From contig OZ024743.1 of assembly GCA_964016885.1 (NCBI GenBank), forward strand, positions 356,438,001 through 356,502,000: DNA of 64,000 nt, read 5' to 3'. This stretch comes from Eledone cirrhosa (taxonomy: Eukaryota). Shown here one piece after another: positions 13,100 through 25,000 of this stretch; position 1 is the stretch's first letter; every line of letters starts with the position of its first letter. The notes beneath the pieces are model-generated. The model saw only the letters and a list, made by a program, of their open reading frames with translations. It ran no database searches and was not told where the DNA came from. The position numbers were made by a program, and so were the translations under genes.

Positions 13100-16000
13100 T
13101 GCCCAAACAAATACTGTAAGTCACTTTAACAAATCAGCCAGTTTACCGCCGTTTTCTGGCACCCTGTCGATTTTTTAGAAGGAGGAAATGTAACGTTGAC
13201 CTCAGATTTGAATACAGGAGGTAGTCAATAGCTGAATCATTATATCGAGTTTCAATACATGCAACAGGGACGCGAGGGGACAACTTTGGCAGAGCGCATG
13301 CTGTTGAATGGTTCCCGCAGGTGATAGTCCATTCTAATTACAAAGTAGATGCTGCTGTTAATAACATCGTTCCATCTTCTGAAAACGGACCCAAAGCCAG
13401 ATACTATGATGACTGCCGCCAAGTACCGAAGGTTGACTCGATCGAATGCTTTCGATTGATCTGAATTGATCAGGGCCCCACTTGTGCCAGGTTCCTTAAC
13501 CACACTCTATATAATGTATCGCCTAAGGTGCAGGTTTTCGTGGACGGATCTGTCCGGAATGGCGTATATGTGTGCCTCCCTCGACAGATACCTTAGCCAG
13601 AATTCTAAACGTTTAGAAAGTATGGCCCTACAATTATCAATGTAGTCCTTCTTCTTCGGATCCTTTCTCGGCAGCACCACAACTCCCTGATTCACAGTAA
13701 ACATTTTCTGTTCTGCTGCCTGTTTCAGTAGATATCTTCCAAGAGGTGAACGAAAACGTCTGATGTGTGAACGTAAATCTAGCAAGGCAGTTCATACAAA
13801 CCAGGTGAATTACCCCAGCTAGTCATTGTGTTCCGTATTTCAGAAGTTTTTATCGGCTTTTCACAATATTCTGACCCCCTTGCCGAAAGCCGAGGCTCGC
13901 AATGGATGTAGGCACTGAAGTTCATACCTCGATCCGGCCTGCAACTGACACCGAACATTTGAGCGAAGTGTTGCTAAAGAGCCGCACACATCTGCTTGGG
14001 CTCGAGTAAACATCTATTCGTTCTGGTCAGCCAAAGATCGGTTTGTGCTTTTGTTTCCACACCACTCCACGCCTCCGCCACTTGGGCTCATCGAAAGACC
14101 ATCGTCCCCCATGTCTAAGAGGACGTACGTTAGTTCTAATAACGCAGTTTTCGTGCTTAGTGTTGAAGAATTGGTACAGGGTCAATCTCACTACAAAAAA
14201 GGTCGACTACAATGCATTTTCTAAGTGCCTCTACTAGCTTTTTAAATAGCTTCTTCTCTACTCTAGTTTATTCTATTGCTACAGCTGAACTAAACCTTAT
14301 CAATTATACTCTAATCATCTTGCAGGGTGAACCAATATTTGGTGTTGTGATGTTCCCGTCAACGCCCGCTTAATTGGATCACTAATCCAGTCTCTGTAGA
14401 GTTTGTGCACAGGGAACGACGCGTTAAGATTCTGGTAATCTGGTAATCTGGTAAGCGGACTATGTAGCCTATGTAACCTATCTAAATCGACTACACAGTT
14501 CACAAATGTGTGGTGTGTGTGCTCTACTACTTTGAATTGTGAACAACCTATACTAGATATATCTATTTCCCTACAGAAGACCCTATCTCGATACAATCTG
14601 GATGGCTCGATGTAATATTCCATGTTCACATTAGGACATTCGGGAAATCCAGCAGTTACGTCTCAGACAGTTGGCAGCGTCTGAGCAGGTTTGCTTAACT
14701 TTCAAACCCTTCACCCCCTATCCGAAAATGTGTGAAAAATTTCGTGTATCAGAAATTCTGGTTTCTTGATATCCACCACAACTATGTTCAGTGACATGTA
14801 GACGTTTAGGAAGTGACCTCGCTTCAAAGACGACCCTAGGCCAAAGCGATGTTCAATGAAGCTGCAAACCCGTTATCTTCATAAGGGGTTTGCAGCTTTT
14901 ATGTTCAAATGTGTAACGTCAGAGTGCGGCATTTCTTTCATAGGCGTTGGTGTTGTTGTTGGTAGTGGGGCTGATTGTTTTCTGTGACGTTCCTCCAGTT
15001 GATGATGCGCCTCCTGGTACTTCAGCTGCTATTGCTGACGCTGGTGCGTATGTTTTTGTGTTCATTGTGGGTGTTGATGGTTGAGTTGTGAGTAAGGAAC
15101 TGGTTATTGGAAGGAAAGGAGACCTTGGCTCTTTGCTTATTTGTTGTGGCAGAAAGCTTTAAGGTTTTGCGCCAAAATTATAGCACTTTGGCTTTCAGCT
15201 CTCAACAGCTATGGGAAGGCCCTTGTTCTCCACTTGGTTTATTATGTTGATGATATCTTGGTTGTTCTCTTGCTCCACATGGACCAGTAATTTCATCCAC
15301 ATTCCGGACATATTCTCATGTTTCATTATTTGGACTTCTAGAAATTTTGTATTATCTTCGGGGCCTGCAAGAACAGCTGCCATAAAAAATGGGTGTCGCA
15401 AGCGGTACCTGAGTTACTTGTATTTTAACCAACCACAATACAATGGCACCAGAGTTAGTTCCTCACATGTTAGAGGGGGGTTGTCTGGCTTCATTTGGGT
15501 TTGCAAAGATAACATCTTCCGCCCTAAACCTTTAGCCACGGGTTATATGCGACTTGTGCTCCCACACCCTTCCCATCCCAAGGCCTTTTGAATTTTGGAG
15601 TCGGTGGCGTTCCACTCGGTGGTTCTTTACTCCAATCATATTATAGTAGGTGACCATACAACGGAGCACACTCTCCGTCACCTCAATTGGAGCTGTGATA
15701 TTGACCCTGTGGCCCCTGTTTTTCCAATAACTTCACCCCACTTACTTCCTCTTTATTCAACAATATTTTTTCTAAATTCTTTGTCACCTCCACAAAAGAG
15801 GCGGCCGTGCTGTTTTTAACTTTGTTGTTTGTTTCTGTGTCATATTTTGTAGTTCTAGTGTTGTTGTTGTTGTTGTTGTTGCGGTGGTGGTGGTGGTGGT
15901 GGTGGTGGTAGTTGTAACGCCATTGTTTGTAGGTGCTTTTTGTTGTGTTGATTTTACTATATTTAATTTATTTCTGGTGGTGGCAACAGCTTTAAAGTTG

Positions 16001-16395
16001 TCAGTTTCAGGTATTCCATTTCGTACTTTTTGTTATTGTTGTTGCTAGTGGTGACGGTGGCCATGTTTATGATGTCTGTGGGGGTATTATTGGGAGTAGT
16101 GGTGGTGGGGGAGTCATGACATAGCTATTATTGTATTTGTTACTCGCTTGGCAATTCCGATTAGTGGAAGCGGAAAATGTATTTCCCTCCATTTGTAATA
16201 TTTTTTAAATATTGGGGGCGTATATCTAGAATATAATATTCAAATATTTGGGCCATTGGTTCAAAGATTATGGTGTCTCACTTCTTGAGAGCAAAGGCTT
16301 GAGAGTAAAGGCTTGAGAGCAAAGGACTTATGTCCTGTGTATTTAAACAGGTAAAAAAAATAAACTTACTGGAGCGAACGAATGTACGACTGAAC
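13100..16395 (-). mobile_element. Highly degenerate Tx1/L1-clade LINE (ORF1, APE, RT N-half)
   Basis: RT remnant LINSDQSKAFDRV..GFG..FRRW (13252-13503). APE start LGSSLKRGHFL..DI near 14760-14840. ORF1 remnant ending in a degenerate knuckle KPKCYN near 15150-15400. Inr-like TCAGTC near 16390. Boundaries approximate. Confidence 0.7.
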
Positions 16396-16429
16396 ATAAA
16401 ACAATCAATAATAATAATAATAAGAAGAA

Positions 16430-17180
16430 GAGATGACATCAAGAACAAAATAATGAAGGAATTGATAACACCTGAGTACATACGGAGAGTAAAGAGTGTA
16501 TTAAAATCACATCTAAATAGTAGGAATGTCATAAGTGCAGTAAATTCCGGAGCTGTGTCTATTATTAGGTACAGTGCAGGAATTCTGAGATGGAATGTTG
16601 CTGAACAAAAAGAAATGGATAGGAAGACTAGGAAGCTATTGACTATCTACAACATGAGGAGTGATGTCGATAGACACTATTTAAAGAGATCTGAAGGTGG
16701 AAGAGGTCAGATCATCATAGAGGACTGTGTTCAGATGGAGAAAAACAACCTGCACAAATACGTGACTGACAGTAGAAAGCCAATGCTCAAAATTGTACTG
16801 AAGGAGAATACAATAGAACAGGGGATGTCCAAGGAGGAAATAACAACAAGGAGGAAGAGCAACCTTCATTAAAAATCACAGTACCTTCTTTAAGAAAACT
16901 GAATTTAGAGATCCACAGACATGGAACTGGTTAAAAAGAGGAGACCTTAAAAAGGCTACAGAAGGAATGCTAATAGCTGCGCAAGAGCAGGCCCTCAGAA
17001 CGTAGTAGGTGAAACACCATATTTACAAGGAGGAGGCTAGCCCACTGTGTAGGATCTGTGGAGAGAGAGAGGAGACTGTGGCTCACATTGTATCCGAATG
17101 TACACACCTAGCCCAGACTCACTATAAAGGCTGGAGACATGATGCGATAGGCAGGGTGATCCACTGGCACCTATGCAAAG
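16430..17180 (+). mobile_element. 3' fragment of an R4/Dong-like LINE, following a (TAA)n tract
   Basis: EYIRRV..AVN..IRYSAG..RSEGGRG..AAQEQAL..CRICGEREETVAHIVSEC..WRHD; paralogous to 19255-19933. Confidence 0.88.
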
Positions 17181-17219
17181 TAAACAAAGTAAACAAAGTA
17201 AACAAAGTAAACAATGTAA

Positions 17220-19933
17220 ATGCTATGTAAAGGGCTATAGGAAACGCATACATAAAAAGGCTATAGGAAACGGATGCATAACATCTTGAACGAGATTGGT
17301 CTATTTAAATTAGATGAACAAAAATAGGCCGGGCAGGCTCGGGTAATAAGAACTAATGGGTGGATAAGCGAGCTGGAACTGGAGGAACTGAGCAGAGAGA
17401 TTAGGTTGGAAATGGAGAGTGGACTATGCCAGGCAAACGAGCCAGTGGGAAATGAAGGTGAAGAGGTTGAGAGAACGGAGGAACCATCCGAAGCAGACAA
17501 TGATCTGAATGCTGAAATAAATAATACCTGGAACAAAGATACGGCCATTGAGGAAATGAATGCTGACGGGCTAGGACAAGATTTGGTTGATATCCTAAAG
17601 TTAGTGGTAGATGAATTGAACAATGATAGTGGGAAACCTATGAACCTAAGATTTGTAGACAGGAAAAAGTTAAAAGAAACAACAGCTAAAGTAAACAAAG
17701 TCATCCGATACCTTGAGGCGAGGAGCCTTCACCAGTGCAACAATATCCTCAAAACAACAGCAAATGCAGTGAGGAAGTTACTTGGCATAAAATTGAGAGG
17801 AAACAACAAACAAGAAAGATCAGAACATTGGTGGAAGAAACGACTGAATGGTCAAATCAGGGAAATGAGAAATGACATTGGAAAGCTTGAGTCCCTACTG
17901 AATGGGACACTAAAAAACATAGACACTAAAAATAGACTGGAAATAAAGTACAAAAGTAGGAGGAAAAAGCTAAATATTATCATAGAGGAACTGAAGCAAC
18001 GCATTGTAGCAAAGAGTACAAAAATTAGGCGATACGGGAGCAGAGTCAGTCAGTATAGACAGAACCGCATGTTTGACAACAACCAGAAGATGTTGTTTGC
18101 ACAGCTTGTAGGGATAGAAAGAGGCAACGACTTGATCCCTGAGGCGGAACAAACTAAGACATTCTGGAGAGGAATATGGGAGCAGGATGTTAAACATAAT
18201 GACCAGGCAATGTGGATTCAGACAGTACAAAAGGAGATTAGTGAACACGCACACCAACAAACTGATTTGAGTATCACAGTTGAAACTCTTAAGGGGCAGG
18301 CCAAAAAACAAACCAACTGGAAATCACCAGGCCCAGATGGTGTGCACGGGTATTGGATTAAAAATATAACATCCATCCACCCGAAACTGACAACCATGTT
18401 CAATGACTGCTTGATGTCAGGTGAGATACCAGAGTGGTTGACAAAAGGTACCACAGTTCTGGTAATGAAAGACCGAATCAACAGTAATGATGTTACAAAC
18501 TATAGACCTATCACATGTCTGTCCGTAATGTGGAAACTGTTAACAAGCATTGTGTCTGAGGAGATCTACCATCATCTACACACAAACAACTTGTTACCGG
18601 ACGAACAGAAAGGATGCCGAAAGAAGTCCCGTGGTACAAAGGACCAGTTACTTATTGATAAGATGGTAATGAGGAATTGCAAGAGGAGACACACTGGTCT
18701 TACCATGGGATGGATAGACTACAAAAAAGCATTTGACATGGTGCCTCATTCTTGGATCACCAAAAGCCTGGAGATCTTCAAGGTGGCAGATAACATCCGA
18801 CAGTTTTGGGGCAAAAGTATGAAGTCCTGGGAAACAGAGTTAACATCAACTGGAGAATCCTTGGGAAGCGTGAAGATCAAGAGAGGTATCTTCCAGGGTG
18901 ATAGTCTGTCCCCTCTGTTGTTTGTCCTTGCCCTGATGCCCCTGACCAGTGTACTGCGAAAGGTGAGAGCAGGATACAGGTTGGGAAAGGGAGGGCTTAC
19001 CATCAATCACCTCCTCTTCATGGACGATCTTAAGCTCTTCGGGAAGAGTGAGAAGGAGTTGGATGTGCTTGTTGACACTGTCCGTATTTTCAGCAATGAT
19101 ATATGTATGCAATTTGTTATTAGTAAGTGAGGAGTCATTGTGATGAAGAGGGGTAAGTTGAGCAGAAGTAACGTAATCCAGGTACCAACAGGTGAGATGA
19201 TAAAGGGTATTGACTCTGAAGAATGATACAAGTATTTGGGCGTTCTGGAGGCTGATGACATCAAGAACAAAAAAATGAAGGAATTGATAAGAACTGAATA
19301 CATTCGGAGAGTAAGGAGCGTATTAAAGTCACATATGAACAGTAGGAATGCCATAAGTGCAGTAAATTCCCGAGCTGTGTCAATTATTAGGTACAGTGCG
19401 GGAATTCTGAGATGGAATGTTGCTGAACAAAAAGAAATGGATAGGAAGCTATTGACTATCTACAACATGTTCCACAAGAGGAGTGATGTCGATAGACTCT
19501 ACTTAAGGAGATCTGAAGGTGGAAGAGGTCTTATCAGCATAGAGGACTGTGTTCAGATGGAGAAAAGCAACCTACACAAATACGTGACTGATAGTAAGGA
19601 GCCAATGCTCAGAACTGTACTGAAGGAGGGGACAATATGCCAGGGGATGTCCAAGGAGGAAATAACATCAAGGAGAAAGAGCAGCCTTCAGGAAAAATTC
19701 CTTCATAGTACCTTCTTTGAGAAAACTGAATTTAGAGATCCACAAACATGGCACTGGTTGAAAACAGGAGAACTTAAAAAGGCTACAGAAGGAATCTTAA
19801 TGGCTGCGCAGGAGCAGGCCCTCAAAACGAAGTGGTTGAAACACCATATTTACAAGGAGGAGGCTAGCCCACTGTGCAGGATCTGTGGAGAGAGAGAGGA
19901 GACTGGCTCACATTGTATCCGAGTGTAAACACC
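17220..19933 (+). mobile_element. R4/Dong-like LINE, mostly full-length, running into the gap
   Basis: 574-aa ORF with WKSPGPDG, NYRPITCL, WIDYKKAFDMVPH, GIFQGDSLSP, HLLFMDDLKL, then stops, GGRGL and a CRIC knuckle. Confidence 0.92.
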
Positions 19934-20133
19934 NNNNNNNNNNNNNNNNNNNNNNNNNNNNNNNNNNNNNNNNNNNNNNNNNNNNNNNNNNNNNNNNNNN
20001 NNNNNNNNNNNNNNNNNNNNNNNNNNNNNNNNNNNNNNNNNNNNNNNNNNNNNNNNNNNNNNNNNNNNNNNNNNNNNNNNNNNNNNNNNNNNNNNNNNNN
20101 NNNNNNNNNNNNNNNNNNNNNNNNNNNNNNNNN
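19934..20133. other. Assembly gap
   Basis: Run of 200 N. Confidence 1.
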
Positions 20134-20640
20134 TCTTTCCCTCTATATCTTGTTCTCTCTCTTCAATCTCAATTTCAATTACATTTCTTTCTTTCTCCCC
20201 CACCCCCACTCTTCTCTCCTTCCTCCTCTTCTACCCTCTCTCCTCCCTCGCCCCTACTCCCCCTTTCCCTCTTTCATACATTTCTATCTCTTCCTCCATC
20301 CCCTCCCTCACTTTAGTTAATCTCAATTAGATATCTTTCTCTCTTCCTCTCTCTTTTTCTCAGTTAATCTGATTTACATCTCTTCTTTCTCTACCCTCCA
20401 TTCTTAGCTTAATTTTAATTACATTTCTCTCTCGCCCTCTCTCTTTCTTTTCTCTCTCTCTCTCAATTACATTTCTATCCATTTCTATTTTCTCTATCCT
20501 CTCTATGTCTTTCTCCTTCACACACTTCTCTCTCTCCCCTCTCAATCTCTCTCTCCCTCTCTACCTATCTCAAATATATCTCCCCCTTTCTCTCTCCCTT
20601 TTAACCCCTCTTCATTCTTTAGTTAATCTTAATTTTTCTC
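20134..20640. repeat. (CT)-rich low-complexity tract
   Basis: Directly visible. Confidence 0.85.
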
Positions 20641-20909
20641 CAAAAGACAAAATTACAAAATATAAATAAACCTGTGTTGTATGTTATAATTGTTCTCATT
20701 GTTGCTGTTGTTTTTGTTTTTTTTTACATTTAAATGTATTTTCACTCATCTTTTTTTTTTGTTATGCTTTTACTTTTACCATTTATTTCTTAAAAGTTTT
20801 TTGTTTCTTATTTTGCATCTTTTGAAATCATTTTAATAATTTTGGAAATGATTAATGAATTTAAAAAAAACATACAAACAAAAAGATTATTTTTTGTCTA
20901 TTTCCTAAG

Positions 20910-20955
20910 CTTTCTATGACAGTGAGAATGAGAACTACTACTGTGGAGTATTCTG
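20910..20955 (+). other. Candidate short host exon (alternative acceptor gives 20923-20955)
   Basis: ttttttgtctatttcctaag| or ..ctatgacag|, weak donor CTG|GTAGTT. Open frames FYDSENENYYCGVF or MTVRMRTTTVEYS. Confidence 0.3.
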
Positions 20956-21004
20956 GTAGTTGGTAGATCTTGATGTCTATTGTCCGCTACAGCTATATAT
21001 AGTG

Positions 21005-21624
21005 CCCAGACTGTAAATTGGTTGCATAGGTGTCAGGACAAAAAACATCCAGTCTGCACAGTAAAGTGGCTATACAGGTGTCATGACAAACAGCATCCAA
21101 TCCACACAGTAGAGTGGTCATGTAGGTGTCACGACAAACAGCATCCAGCCCACACAGTACAGTGGTCGTGTAGGTGAGACGACAAAAAGCACCCAGCCCA
21201 CACTGTAAAGTGGTCGTGTAGGTGTCACCACAAAAAGCATCCAGCCCACGCTGTAAAGTGGTCATGTAGGTGTCACAACAAAAAGTACTCAGCCCACACT
21301 GTAAAGTGCTTGTGTAGGTGTCACGGCAAAAAGCACCCAGCCCACACTGCAAAGTAGTTGTGTAGGCATCATGACAGAAGGCACCCAGTACTCAATGTAA
21401 AGTTTCGGGTAGGCATCACGACAAAAGGCATCCAGTACTCACTATAAATGAGGTTGGTGTTAGGAAGGGCATCCAGCTGTAGAAACCAAGCCAGAATCAG
21501 TTCTGTATGAGCAAGACATGGCCACCTGACCTAGCATTTCCCACAACAGGACAACTTGTCTAACCTATGCTAGCGTGGAAGAATGGACATAAAACAGCAA
21601 TGATGATGATATGAATGGTGATGA

Positions 21625-21630
<6 letters not shown>
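21005..21630 (+). repeat. About nine copies of a 48-bp unit followed by the RTE-X/SINE-B 3' tail and (GAT)n
   Basis: Unit ~ tgtaaagtggtcgtgtaggtgtcacgacaaaaagcacccagcccacac, then ggtgttaggaagggcatccagctgtagaaa...gatgatgat as at 25897-26030. Confidence 0.9.
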
Positions 21631-21658
<28 letters not shown>

Positions 21659-21856
21659 TGAGATCCCTGGTTCAAGCTTAGTGTGGGAATTAGCTTCAAT
21701 TATTTTCAACAATGAGTGTTAAAATGTAAAATACAATGTATAATACAATGGTTGGATTACTTTCTCAATAATGTCACACTCCAGTAGATTTGAATGCTCT
21801 TTCTAGCATGTCAAGTAATAATATGTGTCATGTTTTTTTTATGTTTAGACAGGGGA

Positions 21857-21930
21857 AAAGGGATAGTGCCCATGACAGTCTCCAGGATAACCAAAGGGGT
21901 AGTGCCCATGACAGTCTCCAGGATATCCAA
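21857..21930. repeat. 36-bp direct tandem duplication
   Basis: ggg.tagtgcccatgacagtctccaggata.cc occurs twice. Confidence 0.85.
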
Positions 21931-22037
21931 GACTGGAGGCAGAGGGGGAGCAAAATACCTTCAAACTAGAGACCGGGTCTGAATGGACTCTTCTAAAGGC
22001 ACTCACAATCACTTTCTATTGCCAAGTTTCTAATTAA

Positions 22038-25000
22038 CCCTTTAACATTCAAATTTGTGGCTGTTTTTCCTTCACAGTATAATGTAATGTACACATTTTT
22101 CTTGCCTTTCTAACATCCGCTTAATTTCATAGTCCTTCCAAATCCGATAGCATTTTCTATCCTCAGATTCCAATTCTTGTTTCACTACTAGCCATTCTAT
22201 CCTATTTCCAAAACAAATCCTCCTGTATTCTGTGTATTCTCTCGTATTTTCCAAAACAAATCTTGTATTTTTTGTTATTGCTTGTTAAATACGAGGATCT
22301 TACTTAAACCTATTCTTCTCGCTAACAACTCAACACCCCTCCCTCCCGCCCCCACGCACCACCATTATTATTACGTGGACCAATCATAAGCCAGAGGCCT
22401 ATACTATCGCTTACCTGGTCGCCTTCGATATGTAGGATGGAAGGACTACGGAATTCCAGAGAGTTGAAGAGAGAAAAATCTGGACGCTCAGCGACAATGC
22501 CAAAGATAAAGACAAATACACCTCGTGGACGAGAATGCGAGCATTCCTCTTTGTTTCGGACGCGGATGGCTAACATAACCCCATCTCCCCCCGCTCCCAC
22601 CCTCCAAACGCAATCCAATACTTCAGAGTTGGTACCTTGAATGTAGGCACCTTAAAGGGTCGCTCTAACGAGGTTGTAGAAATGCTTGAACGTAAGGAGG
22701 TCGATGTTTGTTGTATTCAAGAGACCAGGTGGAGGGGAGGGTCTGCTAGATTCATCGTGGGTAAAGAACAATGCTATATGCTTTTCTGGGTGGGAAATGA
22801 CAATGGGCTGGGTGGAGTAGGAATCATGTTAGCATAAAAATGGGTAGATAAGATAATAGATGTAAATAGAGTGAACGACAGAATAATTAAAATAAGACTT
22901 GTCCTAAATAGAACCTCTGTGACAGTAATATCTGCGTACGCACCCCAATCCGGACTGCCCGGCACTATAAAAGACAGATTCTATGAGACATTGATGCTCA
23001 CTACTTCCCAAATAACCGACAGTGACTATATAATTATTGCAGGCGACCTAAATGGTCACGTTGGACAACATTGTGACGGCTACGACGAAATCCATGGAGG
23101 CTATGGGTTTGGTACTAGAAATGAAGAAGGCTCCAGAATCCTGGAATTCTGTGACGCAAATAACCTAACTATCTGTAACACTAACTTCAAAAAACGTGAC
23201 AATCACCTGATCACCAATAGATCGGGGGAACACACAAGCCGGGTAGATTATATCCTTACCAGAAGACGTGACAGAGTGTCTGTTGTAAACACTAAATCCC
23301 TCCCCCATGAAGAATGCACCTCCCAACATAGACTGATAATTAGCGACCTAATAGTCAGGACGAGACGTACTAGACAACAGAAGAGGACTATCCTCAGGAG
23401 AAAAATATGGAAGCTAAAGGACCCCACAGCCAGAAATAAATTCAAAAATATACTACTTGATGCTTTCGATAGTAAGGAAGAGCAATTAGAGTTGTACAAG
23501 GTAGAGGAACAGTGGGAATTCCTGAAAGCAAACCTGCTGATGGCGGCAGACGAAGTCTGTGGCTGGAGCAGGCCTGTAGGCAGGAGGAGAGTAACATGGT
23601 GGTGGAACAGTAAGGTGGAGGGGTCAATTAAGGCCAAAAAGCAGGTTTGGAAAGTATGGCGGGATGGGGGAAGCAGAGAAGACAATCAAGTGGCCAGGAG
23701 GGAAGCTAGGAGACAAGTGTACTTCGCAGAAGGGAAGCAGAGGAAAGAAAGTTCAAGCATGTTCTACAACACGAGGACCAAAAATGTGAGGTGTTCAGGA
23801 TTGCTAGGCAATGTGTCAAGGAAAACCGTGATATTGTCGGGGAGAAGTGTGTACTTAATGATGACGGCGTACTTGCCATCACCGACGCTGATAAGAAGGT
23901 AGCTTGGAAGTGTCACTATGAAAGGCTACTAAATGAGGAGAATAAATGGGAGAAAGACAGTCTCCCCCACATCGACCCAATAGAGGGACCAGCAGTGTTA
24001 GTCGAGGGTAGTATAATAAGTAAGGCAAACAAAGATATGAAGACGGGTAAGGCGGCTGGGCCTTCGGAAATAGTTGCCGAGATGCTGAAGGCATCTGGTA
24101 CGGTGGGACACACCATGGTCACCCGGATAGTCAACCAAGTCATACAGAATGGGGTTGTTCCGAAGGACTGGCGTAGCAGCATCATCGTTAACTGTTATAA
24201 GGGTAAAGGAGATGCCCTAGATAGGAGTAACTATAGAGGCATTAAATTAATCGACCAGGTCATGAAGGTCACGGAAAAAGTAATAGCGCAACTAATCAGA
24301 GAGAGAATTGATCTAGATGAAATGCAGTTCGGGTTTGTGTCAGGCAAAAGTACCACAGACGCTCTTTTCATTGTACAACAACTACAGGAGAAGTACCTAG
24401 CTAAAAGTAAACCCCTATACTTAGCTTTTGTCGACTTGGAGAAAGCCTTCGACAGAGTCCCCCGTTCCATTATCTGGTGGGCTCTTAGAAAACTAGGTGT
24501 TGATGAATGGTTTGTGAGAGCTATACAAGCCATGTATAAAGAAACAGTCAGCAAGGTTAGAATTAACAATGAATATAGTGAAGAGTTTAGCGTAAAAGTT
24601 GGTGTTCATCAGGGCTCCGTCCTTAGCCCCCTACTATTTATTATCGCCCTCCAGGCTATAACAGTGGAGTTCAAGACCGGCTGCCCATGGGAACTCCTAT
24701 ACGCAGATGATCTAACGCTCATAGCTGAATCAATGGCCGAGCTAGAGAAGAAATTCCAAACATGGAAGCACGGCCTAGAATCAAAAGGCCTTAAAATTAA
24801 CCTGGCTAAGACTAAAGTTCTAGTTTGTAAGAAAGAAAATAAGGCGGCGGTCCCCTCCGGGAAGTGGCCATGCTCAGTGTGTAGGAAAGGCGTAGGTAGA
24901 AACTCCATTTTGTGTCCCAAATGCAAAGTATGGGTGCATAAAAGATGTAATGGGATCACAGGTAAGCTAACTAAGAACATAGATTTTACATGTGGCCGGT

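Noticed and set aside
21005-21450. CRISPR array
   Set aside because: Contiguous tandem units without unique spacers, no cas genes, eukaryotic context, and the unit is part of a LINE/SINE tail.
22871-23902. CFDP2-like host gene
   Set aside because: It is the APE domain of the RTE-X LINE, a common mis-annotation.
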